Positions 47,730 through 57,710 of a stretch of 64,000 nt of DNA are shown here, one piece after another. The notes beneath the pieces are model-generated. The model saw nothing but the letters and a program-made list of their open reading frames with translations. It was not told the origin of the DNA and searched no databases. The translations under genes were made by a program, and so were the position numbers. The stretch covers positions 1-64,000 of IMG/VR virus record IMGVR_UViG_3300036951_000320. One strand, given 5' to 3'. This DNA comes from a virus. Taxonomy: Duplodnaviria; Caudoviricetes. Positions within the stretch are counted from its first letter, which is position 1; each line of letters begins with the position of its first letter.

Positions 47730-48299
47730 ATGTGCGACAAGGAAGAAGACTTACAGGAACAACCGTTGCCCCTCGAAGAAGAATCACCGGAGGATACTGT
47801 TGCGGAGGTGTCAGAGGATGACTCCACCGAAGAAGCGGAGGTGATGAAACCGAAGCGCTATTTCGCGATCCCGAATGCGCGTGCGGGGGGGGCCCCACAA
47901 TGGGCGAAGATCCCCTCCGGGTTCAAATTCCCACGTGGGCGACAAGTCGCGTTCATTCGCTTTCGAGCCGAATGGACGGACACCCCATGGAAGGGGGATC
48001 GTCAAGCGATTGTGTGGAGCCTCACAGATGCGGATGAAAAAATCGGGCTTGCACGTGCGATGGGGGACGTAAACCGCGCTGCAAATGAGCTATCAAAACA
48101 AATGCTTCGTGCTGTCGATGGGTATGAGGTGACATGGGATGGTTCACCGGGACCGGGAAATATCGATCGATGGTGGACAGAAATCGGCGGCAAATGCCGA
48201 CAAATTCTCGTTCGCGTATATACGCAGCTTCATGTTCTATCGGAGGAAGAACGCACGGATTTTTTCGAGAATTGCATCGAAGTACGCACGACGGGTTAA
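47730..48299 (+). CDS. Tail assembly chaperone (short form)
   Basis: Between tube and tape measure; slippery site near the 3' end. Confidence 0.75.
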   Translation: MCDKEEDLQEQPLPLEEESPEDTVAEVSEDDSTEEAEVMKPKRYFAIPNARAGGAPQWAKIPSGFKFPRGRQVAFIRFRAEWTDTPWKGDRQAIVWSLTDADEKIGLARAMGDVNRAANELSKQMLRAVDGYEVTWDGSPGPGNIDRWWTEIGGKCRQILVRVYTQLHVLSEEERTDFFENCIEVRTTG

Positions 48300-48607
48300 G
48301 ACGTGATGAATACGGGGAAACCTTAGATCCCGATGAAAGACGGCGGAGGCTTCAACGGCTTGGGGGTTTCCTTGGTAACGATGCGGACGGGGCGCGCTTC
48401 AACGCTGCGCTTGCATACGCTCTTGACCCGGTGGAGTTAGAGCGCGAGCGCAAAAGGCGTCATGTCTACCTCGGTAGGTATATGCATCTTTCGGTGACAA
48501 ATCTTTCCGACGTGGAAGTTACGACACTCCGTGCATATATCGACCTTTTATCGGATCTTCTTCGAGCTGAACATCCTATATCAAGCATCACAGAAACCGA
48601 CCGTTGA
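47730..48607 (+). CDS. Tail assembly chaperone, -1 frameshift-extended form
   Basis: T TTT TTC at 48260-48266 in frame; the -1 frame stays open to 48607. Confidence 0.75.
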
Positions 48608-48624
48608 ATAGTTGCGCGATGACC

Positions 48625-48679
48625 ACGGAAACACGTGTTTCCGTCATCATTGCGCAACCATAGGATTGCGGGCTACCCT
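48625..48679 (+). promoter_or_regulatory. 20-bp palindrome copy 6 plus tape-measure promoter
   Basis: Palindrome 48625-48644; TTGCGC (48650)-N18-TACCCT (48674); ATG 7 nt later. Confidence 0.8.
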
Positions 48680-48686
48680 TCATGGT

Positions 48687-50660
48687 ATGGCTACACGTGA
48701 CGTGGAAGTCCGAACCAAGCTAACGCTTGACGATCAAGCATCGGGAGCGTTGAAGCGGATCAAGGATGGGTTCGGCGATGTAGAAGAAGGACAAAAGCGA
48801 GCGGCGGGAGGAATGGGGTTCTTCACGGCAACGCTCGCGAACTTCGCGGCAATGTCCATCGGCCCGGCGGCGCGGGGCTTGTATGACTTCGCGAAGGGGT
48901 TTCTTGACGCGGCGGCGGCGGGGCAAGACGCGGATCAAGCGATCGCCGGTTTGATAACGGCGGTTCAGGGGATCCCGTGGAAGGAAGCGCACGATCAAGC
49001 CGAAGCGCTCGGGGATGCGATCGACGAAATCGGGATCGCGGCGGGGCAACCGATCGATGACGTGGCGAACGCTTTCCAAGCGTTGATCGAGCTTGAAGGC
49101 GCGAGCGCGGCGGGCATCGCGAAGGCGAAGGATGAAGTCGCGAAGATGGCAACCGTTGCCAACGTGCTTGGCATGAGCACGGAGGCGATCGCGCGCGAAT
49201 ACGGGATGATGGGGGAGGGGATGCTTCGGACGCGCGGGCGCCTCTTCCAATTGCTCCAAACGACGGGGATCTTCGGGCAGAACACGAAGGAAGCCGCAAC
49301 CTACTGGGCGAAGCTCACGGAGGCGCAACGCACGGAAGCGCTTGCGCGCGGGCTTGAAGAAGTATCGGGCAAGCTTGGGAAGGCAACCCCGACGTTCCAT
49401 GACTTGCTCAATTCGATCGAAAACATGTGGGAGGTTGCAAAGGAAAAGCTCGGGGAACCCCTTCTAAACGCCTTGATCCCGGTCATGAAGGATCTCGTCG
49501 AAAAGATGAAGGCGGGGCGCGGCGAGATCGAAGCCTTCGCAAAATCCATGTCAACCGACGTGAAAAAATGGGTAGAGAAAGCGGCAAAGGCAATCCAAGA
49601 CGGGTTCGAATGGATCAAGACGCATCACGAAGAAATACGTGATGCGATCGTCGATGGTGTGAATACAGCAAGGGGGGTGGTCGAATTCATCCTTGCTCAC
49701 AAGGAAGAAATTGCGCTTGCATTCGGAGTGCGTGCTGTAGCGCCCGTGATATCGGCGGGGGCAGAGGTGGCAAAGGGTGTAACGGGACTTGCGGCGCAAG
49801 GTATTCCCGGGCTTGGGGTTGTAGGAACGGGTGGCGGCATAGCGGCGGCGGGTGTGGCACTTGCGGCGTTCACGGCGGCGGTGGTAACGGCTGCGCTTGC
49901 GGCGGAACAAGCGGCGAAGCTCTACAAGGAAGCGGGAGGAACGCGCGGTGAAACGGGACGCTCATTGGACGCCCGTCTTGAATATGCACGACAGATAAAG
50001 GCAACCGCCGGCGGTGAATGGAGGCAGTGGTCGCCGCAAGAGGTGGAAGCCTTTGGTCATATCCGAGAAAGTGCCGTCAAGGAAGCGACGGAGTTAGGCG
50101 AAGACTCCTGGAAGGTGGGGGAGGCGTTTGACGCGGCATGGGCTGCACACATGGACGCGGTGCATCGTATGCAGCAAATCGGTGAAAGCTTCGAGCGTAC
50201 GAACGAAGAAATCCGGCGGCTTGAGGAAGCAGGCGAAGACCCGGGGTTGGCGATCGGAGGTATAACGTCAATGTTCACTCAAGCCGTGCAAGCGAACGAT
50301 CAAGGCATGGCGATCTACCTTGCAACGTTACTTTCGAAAAACAAGAATCTTGCCGATACGTTCATCTTCGCGACGGATCTCACGGGGCAATCGATCGATG
50401 CCTTCGTGTCCATGGTTGAAGGCAAGGCATCGGGGCTCGAAGAATTGATCAAGCAATTACAGGAACGAGGCGCGCAAACGAGCGCTGCCCCGACAACCCC
50501 GGCCCCTAAGATATCCATGAGCGGTGGACAAACTTTCAATATCAAACAAGAATTTCGGGATCAAGATCCCGATCGTGTGGCGTTCGTGTTCCGTCGCGAT
50601 ATTGTGCGAGCGGCGGAAAACAGGCTTCAAGCCATCACTACAAGTCCGTTCGGGACTTGA
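48687..50660 (+). CDS. Tape measure protein
   Basis: 657 aa Ala-rich helical; KLTLDDQASGALKRI N-terminus. Confidence 0.85.
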   Translation: MATRDVEVRTKLTLDDQASGALKRIKDGFGDVEEGQKRAAGGMGFFTATLANFAAMSIGPAARGLYDFAKGFLDAAAAGQDADQAIAGLITAVQGIPWKEAHDQAEALGDAIDEIGIAAGQPIDDVANAFQALIELEGASAAGIAKAKDEVAKMATVANVLGMSTEAIAREYGMMGEGMLRTRGRLFQLLQTTGIFGQNTKEAATYWAKLTEAQRTEALARGLEEVSGKLGKATPTFHDLLNSIENMWEVAKEKLGEPLLNALIPVMKDLVEKMKAGRGEIEAFAKSMSTDVKKWVEKAAKAIQDGFEWIKTHHEEIRDAIVDGVNTARGVVEFILAHKEEIALAFGVRAVAPVISAGAEVAKGVTGLAAQGIPGLGVVGTGGGIAAAGVALAAFTAAVVTAALAAEQAAKLYKEAGGTRGETGRSLDARLEYARQIKATAGGEWRQWSPQEVEAFGHIRESAVKEATELGEDSWKVGEAFDAAWAAHMDAVHRMQQIGESFERTNEEIRRLEEAGEDPGLAIGGITSMFTQAVQANDQGMAIYLATLLSKNKNLADTFIFATDLTGQSIDAFVSMVEGKASGLEELIKQLQERGAQTSAAPTTPAPKISMSGGQTFNIKQEFRDQDPDRVAFVFRRDIVRAAENRLQAITTSPFGT

Positions 50661-50705
50661 TAACCGTTGTCGTGATAACCTTCGAAAATCGAACGAGGAA
50701 CCGAT

Positions 50706-51458
50706 ATGGAAAACAAGATGCCGCTAATCCGTAGTTTGTTGATCAAAGGTGGTGAGCCGCTCCCGGATGGGTTTGAAGAATTGCTAGAAGATGCCGGGGT
50801 GGCGATCGTGTCAATCGATGAATTGGACGATGAACAGTTAGGCGCACTTGTAAGCATGGCAGAAGAGGCTGCAAGTGACGGAACACTCGATGCCGCTTTC
50901 AAAAAAAATGTAGCAGGGGCCGGCGGCGCATACGGGGGGCATGTTGAAGAGGAAGAAACCCTAGAGGATGAAGCAGCGGAAACCCCCGAGGAACAAGCGG
51001 CTGAATACGCGGCGGGGACGGAGCAACATTCGACGGAAGAATTCGTTGACATGGCGGAAGATACAACGGAGAAAGTCGAATCGCTTGTGGAAGAAATTGA
51101 AGACGTGGCGATTGAGGTTTCCGATCCTTCAACCGTTGAAGATTTAGTTGTGCAAGCAAGAGGGCTTTTGACAGCATGCAAGGATGCTGTCGATGAAACG
51201 AAAATTGCGTTGCAAGAAGATGATATTCAAGCCGCTGCTTCGGCGGCTGCGCAATGCAACGAAGCGCTTGAAACGGTGAAGGATATTCTTGCACAAGCAA
51301 AGGAAGCGTCATCCGAAGAAGAAAGCGATCCCGAAGAAGCCAACGGTGGGAAAAATGGTCGTGGTTCTTCGGATGCAACCACCCCTCCGAAAGTAGAGCC
51401 TTCGGAAGCACCGCTCGTAACATGGGCAACCATGGCGGCGAAAGGGTGCAAATTTTAG
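50706..51458 (+). CDS. Highly acidic hypothetical protein
   Basis: 250 aa Glu/Asp-rich; own TGATAACCT and RBS. Confidence 0.7.
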   Translation: MENKMPLIRSLLIKGGEPLPDGFEELLEDAGVAIVSIDELDDEQLGALVSMAEEAASDGTLDAAFKKNVAGAGGAYGGHVEEEETLEDEAAETPEEQAAEYAAGTEQHSTEEFVDMAEDTTEKVESLVEEIEDVAIEVSDPSTVEDLVVQARGLLTACKDAVDETKIALQEDDIQAAASAAAQCNEALETVKDILAQAKEASSEEESDPEEANGGKNGRGSSDATTPPKVEPSEAPLVTWATMAAKGCKF

Positions 51459-51478
51459 TTTAGGCGAGGAAATCGGTA

Positions 51479-52717
51479 GTGGCCCCGACGATCGCAAGCG
51501 TGATCACGGTTGAAGAAATAGGCGGAGGGCGCAAGCTCGAATTGCGTGGCTCGTCGCTTCCCTTTTATGGTGCGGAATGGGGCACGGCGCAACGGCTTGT
51601 CACTAAGTGGTATGCGGGCAACACGATCGAAGCAACGCAGCAAGTGTTAGGTCCGATCGAATTGCCTTCACAATGGGAGGGTGAATGGAACACTACCCGG
51701 CTTGTGGGCTCCCCTGCAAAATATACGGATGATGATGGAACGGAGCGATATATCACGCGAGCATCGACGCTCCGTGATGTGTGCGATGGGTTGTTTTATT
51801 CGGGCGCGTTGTGCCGTGTGACGTGGGCTTCCACGTTGAACACTCCGACCGGCATGAACACGAGACGCGTTGTGCGTGAGGGGCGCGCAAAGGAATGGAG
51901 GTTCCCGCATACGAGAGCCGATGATATTCGGTGGTCAATTGAATGGGAATGGATCGGGCGCGGAGGAAGACAGCAACGGGTGGTAGCGTTCCGTGATGAA
52001 GGCACGGAGGCGCTGCTTCGTGATGTGATCGTGAGTATCAATGAAGCAACGGCGGCGATCGAATCATCACCGCTTGTTTCGAGCAATCGTGCGGTGAAGA
52101 ATTCGGCAACCCCTTTCACGCTTGGCCAACTCGAAGCTTTCCTTGACGGCCCCAACCAACTTATGCGTGACTTCGCACGGTTCGCAAATTCGATCACGAA
52201 CCGGATGAAGCGCATCGGGGACATGATCAAAAAGGTTCGTGGGATGACTGCAAGCCTTGCGGGGCAAGCGCTTGACGTTTCCACAAATGCAATTGCGGTT
52301 TGCAATCAATTTGTGGATGACATGAGCCGCCCGGCGCCCGAGACTCTTGCAACGAAACAGAAAGTTTCAAGTATGCTCACGGCGGCAAGTTACTTCGGGG
52401 AAGGCCAAACACAAGCGGGATATGTTCAAGATGCCAACGTTAGGCTGGCGAGAATTGCTCAACAACGGAGGAATGCGCTTCTCCCTGGTAATTCAGATCC
52501 TAACGGTAGGATGAACACGAATGGAGTTTTGACAGTACATATCGGGAGAGAAGGCGACACTTTGCCGGGGATTTCATCGCGTTATTATGGCACTCCGGAT
52601 CGCTCCGATTTGATCGCAATTGCGAATGGTCTTCCCGCGTATCAAGTCGAAATCGATCCGGGGGAGATCATAGTTGTTCCGTTATTGAAAAATGCGGACA
52701 CGTCAAAGGAAGTATGA
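51479..52717 (+). CDS. Tail tube initiator/baseplate protein with C-terminal LysM
   Basis: GDTLPGISSRYYG...IAIANGL LysM-like domain. Confidence 0.75.
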   Translation: MAPTIASVITVEEIGGGRKLELRGSSLPFYGAEWGTAQRLVTKWYAGNTIEATQQVLGPIELPSQWEGEWNTTRLVGSPAKYTDDDGTERYITRASTLRDVCDGLFYSGALCRVTWASTLNTPTGMNTRRVVREGRAKEWRFPHTRADDIRWSIEWEWIGRGGRQQRVVAFRDEGTEALLRDVIVSINEATAAIESSPLVSSNRAVKNSATPFTLGQLEAFLDGPNQLMRDFARFANSITNRMKRIGDMIKKVRGMTASLAGQALDVSTNAIAVCNQFVDDMSRPAPETLATKQKVSSMLTAASYFGEGQTQAGYVQDANVRLARIAQQRRNALLPGNSDPNGRMNTNGVLTVHIGREGDTLPGISSRYYGTPDRSDLIAIANGLPAYQVEIDPGEIIVVPLLKNADTSKEV

Positions 52718-52753
52718 ATCACTTGATCGAAACCACGCATCGGGTGAAGCTAA

Positions 52754-54520
52754 ATGCCGATGCGAGAGCAACCCCGACAAACCTATTTTCCATCCGCCCG
52801 GCTCCGCTTGATCGTGCGGCTCGAAGATTTTGATCAAGCGCAGTTACCGCCGGCACCGGCACGACCCCCACAACTTCGACGGGGGACGGGCAGAGACGAA
52901 GCTCCGCTTCGGATCGTCGAACGCGATGGGGTGCTCGTGCTTGAACCGAAGAGCGGTGACGCGACTTCGACGGGAGGCCCGCAAGAGCAAACGACAAGCT
53001 CCGACGATTTGACCTTCGAGATCGCGGGTATAGTCCCGATCGCGGTGAACGTCGGACGCAACGGCATTCGCACCGCATCGACTCTATCGGCGGATCTTCG
53101 ATTTCGCGATTTGCCGATTGATCCTCGCGTTGTTCGTGCGTGTGCGGTTGAATTCTATTTGGGGACGGTATCTGAAGAAGATTTCAAGCGGGGGGTGTCG
53201 GGCGGGCTTCGCGCGACCCCTGGCGGGGCCCCGAGCGGGACGGGCGGAAGCCCGTTGCATCTTGTTCCGGATACGTATCAGGACCGACACGGGCGAACGC
53301 GCACTAACCTTCGATTTCAGGGATGGGTTGATGAATGGAGCGCATCATGGCCGGATGATGATGAACCGATCGTGCATATAGAATGTACGGATAACACGCG
53401 TTTATTGATCGATCAGGGAGCACCGCCACAACTTGTGCTTGACGCGAAGATTCCTCTTGATCGATCAATCGCCACGTATCTTTCGAATTTCCCCCAATTT
53501 AGGGGGCTTGGGGTGGAGTATAGGCCGGCGGGGGGTCCGATCCCGATGCTTGAAGAGGCGCTTGCACGCACGGCGTTCCGGCCCCGACTAGGGCCAGGCC
53601 CCGGTGGTGGTGGCGACAAGATGACGGTTTGGGATTTCATTACGGACGTTTGCGGGAGCGTGGGGCATACGGTTCGCATCGAGAACACGACGATCGTTAT
53701 ACAGAGGGCGAGAACGCTTTACTCGAACGCATTCAGCGGACGCCCCGATGACCCCTTCACGGGGCGCACGCTCCCGAGCGGGCGCGTGTTGACGCGGCGG
53801 CTCATGGTGTACGGGCGGAACATCGCCGACATGGAATTCAAACGAAAATTCAGTAGGGGGGCTCCGACAAATATTGAAGTCAGGTGTTACCACGGAAGAC
53901 GGAAGAAAACACTTGTCGCACGATTCCCCGATGCTCGATCGAAGACCCCCGGAACAACCCCGCAAACAAGGCCACATCCCGGAAATGCGAATGAGCAGAA
54001 ATGGCTCGTGATCCGGGTGCGCGGCGTACAGGACGAAGCGGCGCTTCGGATCGTTGCACAATCGATCTACGAATCGTTCAATCGGAATGAGCTTCAGGTG
54101 AGCTTCACCACGAAGTCACTTGCGACCTTCGGAGGTGACAACCTTGACCCCGACGCTCTTGATCTCATGCCGGGCGATGCGATTGACGTTGAAATCAACC
54201 GCGAAGCGACGGAGATCACGACGGCGGGTTTCGTCGAAGATCGCACGGCGACGGCGGCGGAAGAATTCTTGAAGGGGCTCGGGTATTCCCCGGCGTTCGC
54301 GGCGGCTTACTCGAAAGCTGCAACGAACATCGGGGTCCCGGTGACGTTCCGCGTGAAGAAGGTAGGGCTCGATTGGAGCAACGAAGAAGGCGTGACGATC
54401 GACGTTGAAGCTGTCAACTACATCGAAGTTCGCGCTGATCGTGTGCTTCCAACCGGCGAAGAAATCGAACCGGAAGATACAGCGGGGGTTTCTCCGGTTA
54501 CTGTAGTAGTCGATGATTGA
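52754..54520 (+). CDS. Baseplate hub protein
   Basis: 588 aa; FQGWVDE; position before the spike. Confidence 0.65.
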   Translation: MPMREQPRQTYFPSARLRLIVRLEDFDQAQLPPAPARPPQLRRGTGRDEAPLRIVERDGVLVLEPKSGDATSTGGPQEQTTSSDDLTFEIAGIVPIAVNVGRNGIRTASTLSADLRFRDLPIDPRVVRACAVEFYLGTVSEEDFKRGVSGGLRATPGGAPSGTGGSPLHLVPDTYQDRHGRTRTNLRFQGWVDEWSASWPDDDEPIVHIECTDNTRLLIDQGAPPQLVLDAKIPLDRSIATYLSNFPQFRGLGVEYRPAGGPIPMLEEALARTAFRPRLGPGPGGGGDKMTVWDFITDVCGSVGHTVRIENTTIVIQRARTLYSNAFSGRPDDPFTGRTLPSGRVLTRRLMVYGRNIADMEFKRKFSRGAPTNIEVRCYHGRRKKTLVARFPDARSKTPGTTPQTRPHPGNANEQKWLVIRVRGVQDEAALRIVAQSIYESFNRNELQVSFTTKSLATFGGDNLDPDALDLMPGDAIDVEINREATEITTAGFVEDRTATAAEEFLKGLGYSPAFAAAYSKAATNIGVPVTFRVKKVGLDWSNEEGVTIDVEAVNYIEVRADRVLPTGEEIEPEDTAGVSPVTVVVDD

Positions 54521-54528
54521 GGCATGAC

Positions 54529-55596
54529 ATGGTTTTTCGAAGACGCGTGCGTGGGGATTTCGATCATCGGACAATGGCTGAGGCGTTCTCTTTCCCGGGC
54601 ATCGACCCCCGAGAATGGATCTCGTATGGGATAGTGGAAGGGCAAACGCAGGATGACGAAGATCCTGAAGTGACCTTCGATGAAGAATATGGTCCGCTTG
54701 TGAAGGTGGTACTCCAACCGTCGAAGAGGCGCGTATTGTGTCGGGTCGGCGCGTTCATCGCCGGTAACGGCGAAGGCGACTATCATCCGTTCGTGAAGGG
54801 GGATGAAGTGTTAGTCGCGATCCCGGATGGTCACGAGCAAAGCGATTGCGTGATCATCTGTCGGATGAACAATGCGATCGACAAGTTCCCGATGAACAGC
54901 GTTGCAGGGCAAGATCCGACAACGAACACGTTCGGGTTTCGCCGCGCTCGAACCCCGATGATTCAGGAATATGCCGGCCCCTTCACGCTTCGAAGCGCAC
55001 TCACGGGAGCATTGCTTGCATTCGACAACGCGGGCGTATTGACGATCCGAGGTGGCGACGAAGGCGATGGATCGGCGGGAGCATTGCAGCTATCCCCCGA
55101 CGTGATCGGATTTCAATCGGCGGACGCGTCGATGTTGCTTCAATTGGATTTGACGGGGGAACACTTCATCGCGCAAGTCAAAGATGCGATCCTTTCGATT
55201 TCTTCAAGCACGGCAAACCCCGAGCAATCCATGCTGAACGTGCCGGGTTCGTTCGCATTGATAACAGGCACGAACACGGCGGCGGAACACGCGACAAGCA
55301 CGGAAGCAACCGCGAACATGGTCGCAAATATGATAATGGCACTCGGGGCGGCGATAGCGTTAGCGAACCCCGGCCCTATCACGGGGGCAACGCTTGCCGC
55401 ACAAATGGCGTTGCCTATTGCGGGGGCGGCATACGCAACCGGAATCATGGCGGCGGCGGCAACCCCGATCGATGCAACAATCGGGGCGGCGCTATTTGCA
55501 GCATTCCAGGCGCAAGGTGCGGTTCAAAAACCACCGGCGGGTCCGATGGGGCAAGTTATGCCGGGTATCGGTTGTGCTTCGTTGCTTGTCGGGTGA
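54529..55596 (+). CDS. Baseplate central spike (gpV/gp5-like)
   Basis: OB-fold-type YHPFVKGDEVLVAIPDG; hydrophobic C-terminus. Confidence 0.7.
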   Translation: MVFRRRVRGDFDHRTMAEAFSFPGIDPREWISYGIVEGQTQDDEDPEVTFDEEYGPLVKVVLQPSKRRVLCRVGAFIAGNGEGDYHPFVKGDEVLVAIPDGHEQSDCVIICRMNNAIDKFPMNSVAGQDPTTNTFGFRRARTPMIQEYAGPFTLRSALTGALLAFDNAGVLTIRGGDEGDGSAGALQLSPDVIGFQSADASMLLQLDLTGEHFIAQVKDAILSISSSTANPEQSMLNVPGSFALITGTNTAAEHATSTEATANMVANMIMALGAAIALANPGPITGATLAAQMALPIAGAAYATGIMAAAATPIDATIGAALFAAFQAQGAVQKPPAGPMGQVMPGIGCASLLVG

Positions 55597-55608
55597 TAGG
55601 CTTGCCTC

Positions 55609-55902
55609 ATGGGAACCCCTCCCCCTCCCGATGCGCCTCCCCCGGCGGAACAAGCGATGGTCGATGCGTCGTTTTCGTTCGAGCCATCACCGGCGGGGGC
55701 GTCGCTTTGCGGCTTCAAATTTCCAGGTTTCCAATTCAATTTGGCACTTCGGATCCCGAGGTTTCCTCCGTTCCCCTTCCCCCCGACGTTCAACTTCATG
55801 ATCGGGCTCAATTGCGACTTGTCTAATCCGATCGACGCGGAATTTTCCTTCGGCGGGGGGCGCGTGGGAACGAGTGATCCGGATCCGGATGATGAATTAT
55901 GA
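55609..55902 (+). CDS. Small Pro-rich protein
   Basis: 97 aa; TGATAGGCT 6 nt upstream of ATG. Confidence 0.6.
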   Translation: MGTPPPPDAPPPAEQAMVDASFSFEPSPAGASLCGFKFPGFQFNLALRIPRFPPFPFPPTFNFMIGLNCDLSNPIDAEFSFGGGRVGTSDPDPDDEL

Positions 55903-56038
55903 ATGTGCCCGTATTGCCCCAAAACCGCCCCTAAAAGGCATCGTCCCCTAAGTCACGGGGCGAAGGGGGTCGGTGGATATTTATAGCGCTCATACGTCAA
56001 CGTGACGCGAACGGTGGCAACGCGGTAGACTTCCGAGC

Positions 56039-56821
56039 ATGGCGGTTCAAATTCAAATCGATCAAGCCATGTTGCCTCCCGGGCTTCCGGGGGTTGCGCG
56101 TGAAGATTTGACCCTTGGTATGCCGGCGATACTTACGGCGGTAGGCGGAGCCTACGCTGCGTATTTATGGCGGATCATTCACGTTCCGATTGACATTGTG
56201 GCGGGGGTGAAAGCTTCATCGGTACTTGCTACTCCGACAGCATCGGCAAGCCTGCTTTCACCTTTGGACGTTGCGGGGACCTACCATGTTGAAGTGTCGG
56301 TTGATTCGGGGTCGGGGCTTGGGGCTCTCCCGGAAGACATAGCGCGGATCACGTTTTATGCAGGGCCGGCGCTTTCGGTTGATCCCGGAGCACTCCCCCG
56401 TCGCACACCGGCTTTCGATGAAACAATGGAGCACAACGTCCCCGATGCGATCGAACCGCTTGGAAACACCGAGGGGTGGTCGCGTGAATGGTATCGGTGG
56501 TTTGAGGTGATCAAGCGAGCGGCGGCGGGATCCTCGGGGTTATGGGGACGCGTCAATCTTCCGGTGGGGGGACCGGCGACACTCGTTGACGGGATCAATG
56601 TGTCGGGTGTGAATCGGATTACGATGGGGGTTGTAGACATAACCTTTGCAACACCATTGCCAAATGCGAATTATGCCGTGATAACGGTAGCGCGCGGAAC
56701 CCCCGGCGGATCGTGCGTTGCGTACAACGAAACGGTGAACGGGTTTCGGATCGAACGTGCGGACTTTGCCGGTGGGCTTGTTGACGCGGATTTCGCATTT
56801 GACGTGCGGGTGAGGGTGTAA
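56039..56821 (+). CDS. Tail/baseplate-associated protein
   Basis: 260 aa beta-rich; GVVDITFATPLPNANYAV fiber-type C-terminus. Confidence 0.55.
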   Translation: MAVQIQIDQAMLPPGLPGVAREDLTLGMPAILTAVGGAYAAYLWRIIHVPIDIVAGVKASSVLATPTASASLLSPLDVAGTYHVEVSVDSGSGLGALPEDIARITFYAGPALSVDPGALPRRTPAFDETMEHNVPDAIEPLGNTEGWSREWYRWFEVIKRAAAGSSGLWGRVNLPVGGPATLVDGINVSGVNRITMGVVDITFATPLPNANYAVITVARGTPGGSCVAYNETVNGFRIERADFAGGLVDADFAFDVRVRV

Positions 56822-56822
56822 A

Positions 56823-57707
56823 ATGGCGTGGGGTTCCGGACCGTGGGGTGTTACTCCGTGGGGATCGGGTGGTCGTTCGAGAATTCGATTGATCGGTGCT
56901 CTCGCAATCCGTGAAAACGTAGTTCGAATTACGTTCAACCAACCCGTGAAATTTACGGAGATTCTTGACCCCGGCGATGCATCGGAAATCGAACGCTACA
57001 CAATCACACCGATTGCAGGAACGAAGGGGCTCGATGGTGTAAGCGTGCGAAGCGTGTTTCCGGCAGAGGTTGCACGAGCGCGGATCGATGGGGCCGGCGG
57101 AAAGATACTTGACGTAACAACCGATCGGCCTTTCTCACCCTATCCGGTGCGATATCGAATTGCAGTCAACGGTATTCTTTCGTGGTCGGGTGGGTTGCTC
57201 GATCCAATGTTCGCGTCGCGTGTGTTCGACGGCCTTCATGCTGGATTTCCTCCGAAGCGTGTGGACCTTGCGCATCGTTCACGTGATATTGCGAACCCGC
57301 AAAATTTGGCGGCGATGCTCGATCCTCTTCCATCGATTGACCCGTTGATCCTCGGGACAATTCCGGTGGATTCACAAGGTGACTACGCGTTCGATGAAGG
57401 GATCGATTCCTATCGGAAACGTGTGTTCCGACGGCTTTTGACACGCAAAGGACAATTTGCATGGATCCCAACGTATGGTGTCGGGGTGCCGGAACAGATC
57501 AAACGATTAGCTCGTGTGGGAACGCGTGAGGCAATTGCAGCGGATGCGGAGGCACAAATTCGCGAAGAGCCCGAAACGCTCGAAGTGCGGTGTTCCTTCG
57601 AGCAATCCGAAGACACCCCGGGGGTGTGGTTTCTTCGTGTGTGGGCGCGCACGAAAAGCAATGAAACAATAAATGTGGCGGTGCCGTTTTCGCCTACGGG
57701 AGTGTGA
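56823..57707 (+). CDS. Ig-like plus gp25/GPW baseplate wedge protein
   Basis: C-terminal RRLLTRKGQFAWIPTYGVG is gp25-like. Confidence 0.7.
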   Translation: MAWGSGPWGVTPWGSGGRSRIRLIGALAIRENVVRITFNQPVKFTEILDPGDASEIERYTITPIAGTKGLDGVSVRSVFPAEVARARIDGAGGKILDVTTDRPFSPYPVRYRIAVNGILSWSGGLLDPMFASRVFDGLHAGFPPKRVDLAHRSRDIANPQNLAAMLDPLPSIDPLILGTIPVDSQGDYAFDEGIDSYRKRVFRRLLTRKGQFAWIPTYGVGVPEQIKRLARVGTREAIAADAEAQIREEPETLEVRCSFEQSEDTPGVWFLRVWARTKSNETINVAVPFSPTGV

Positions 57708-57710
57708 ATA

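Noticed and set aside
55924-55973. Bulged hairpin after the Pro-rich gene
   Set aside because: Imperfect stem without a U-tract; cannot be called a terminator.
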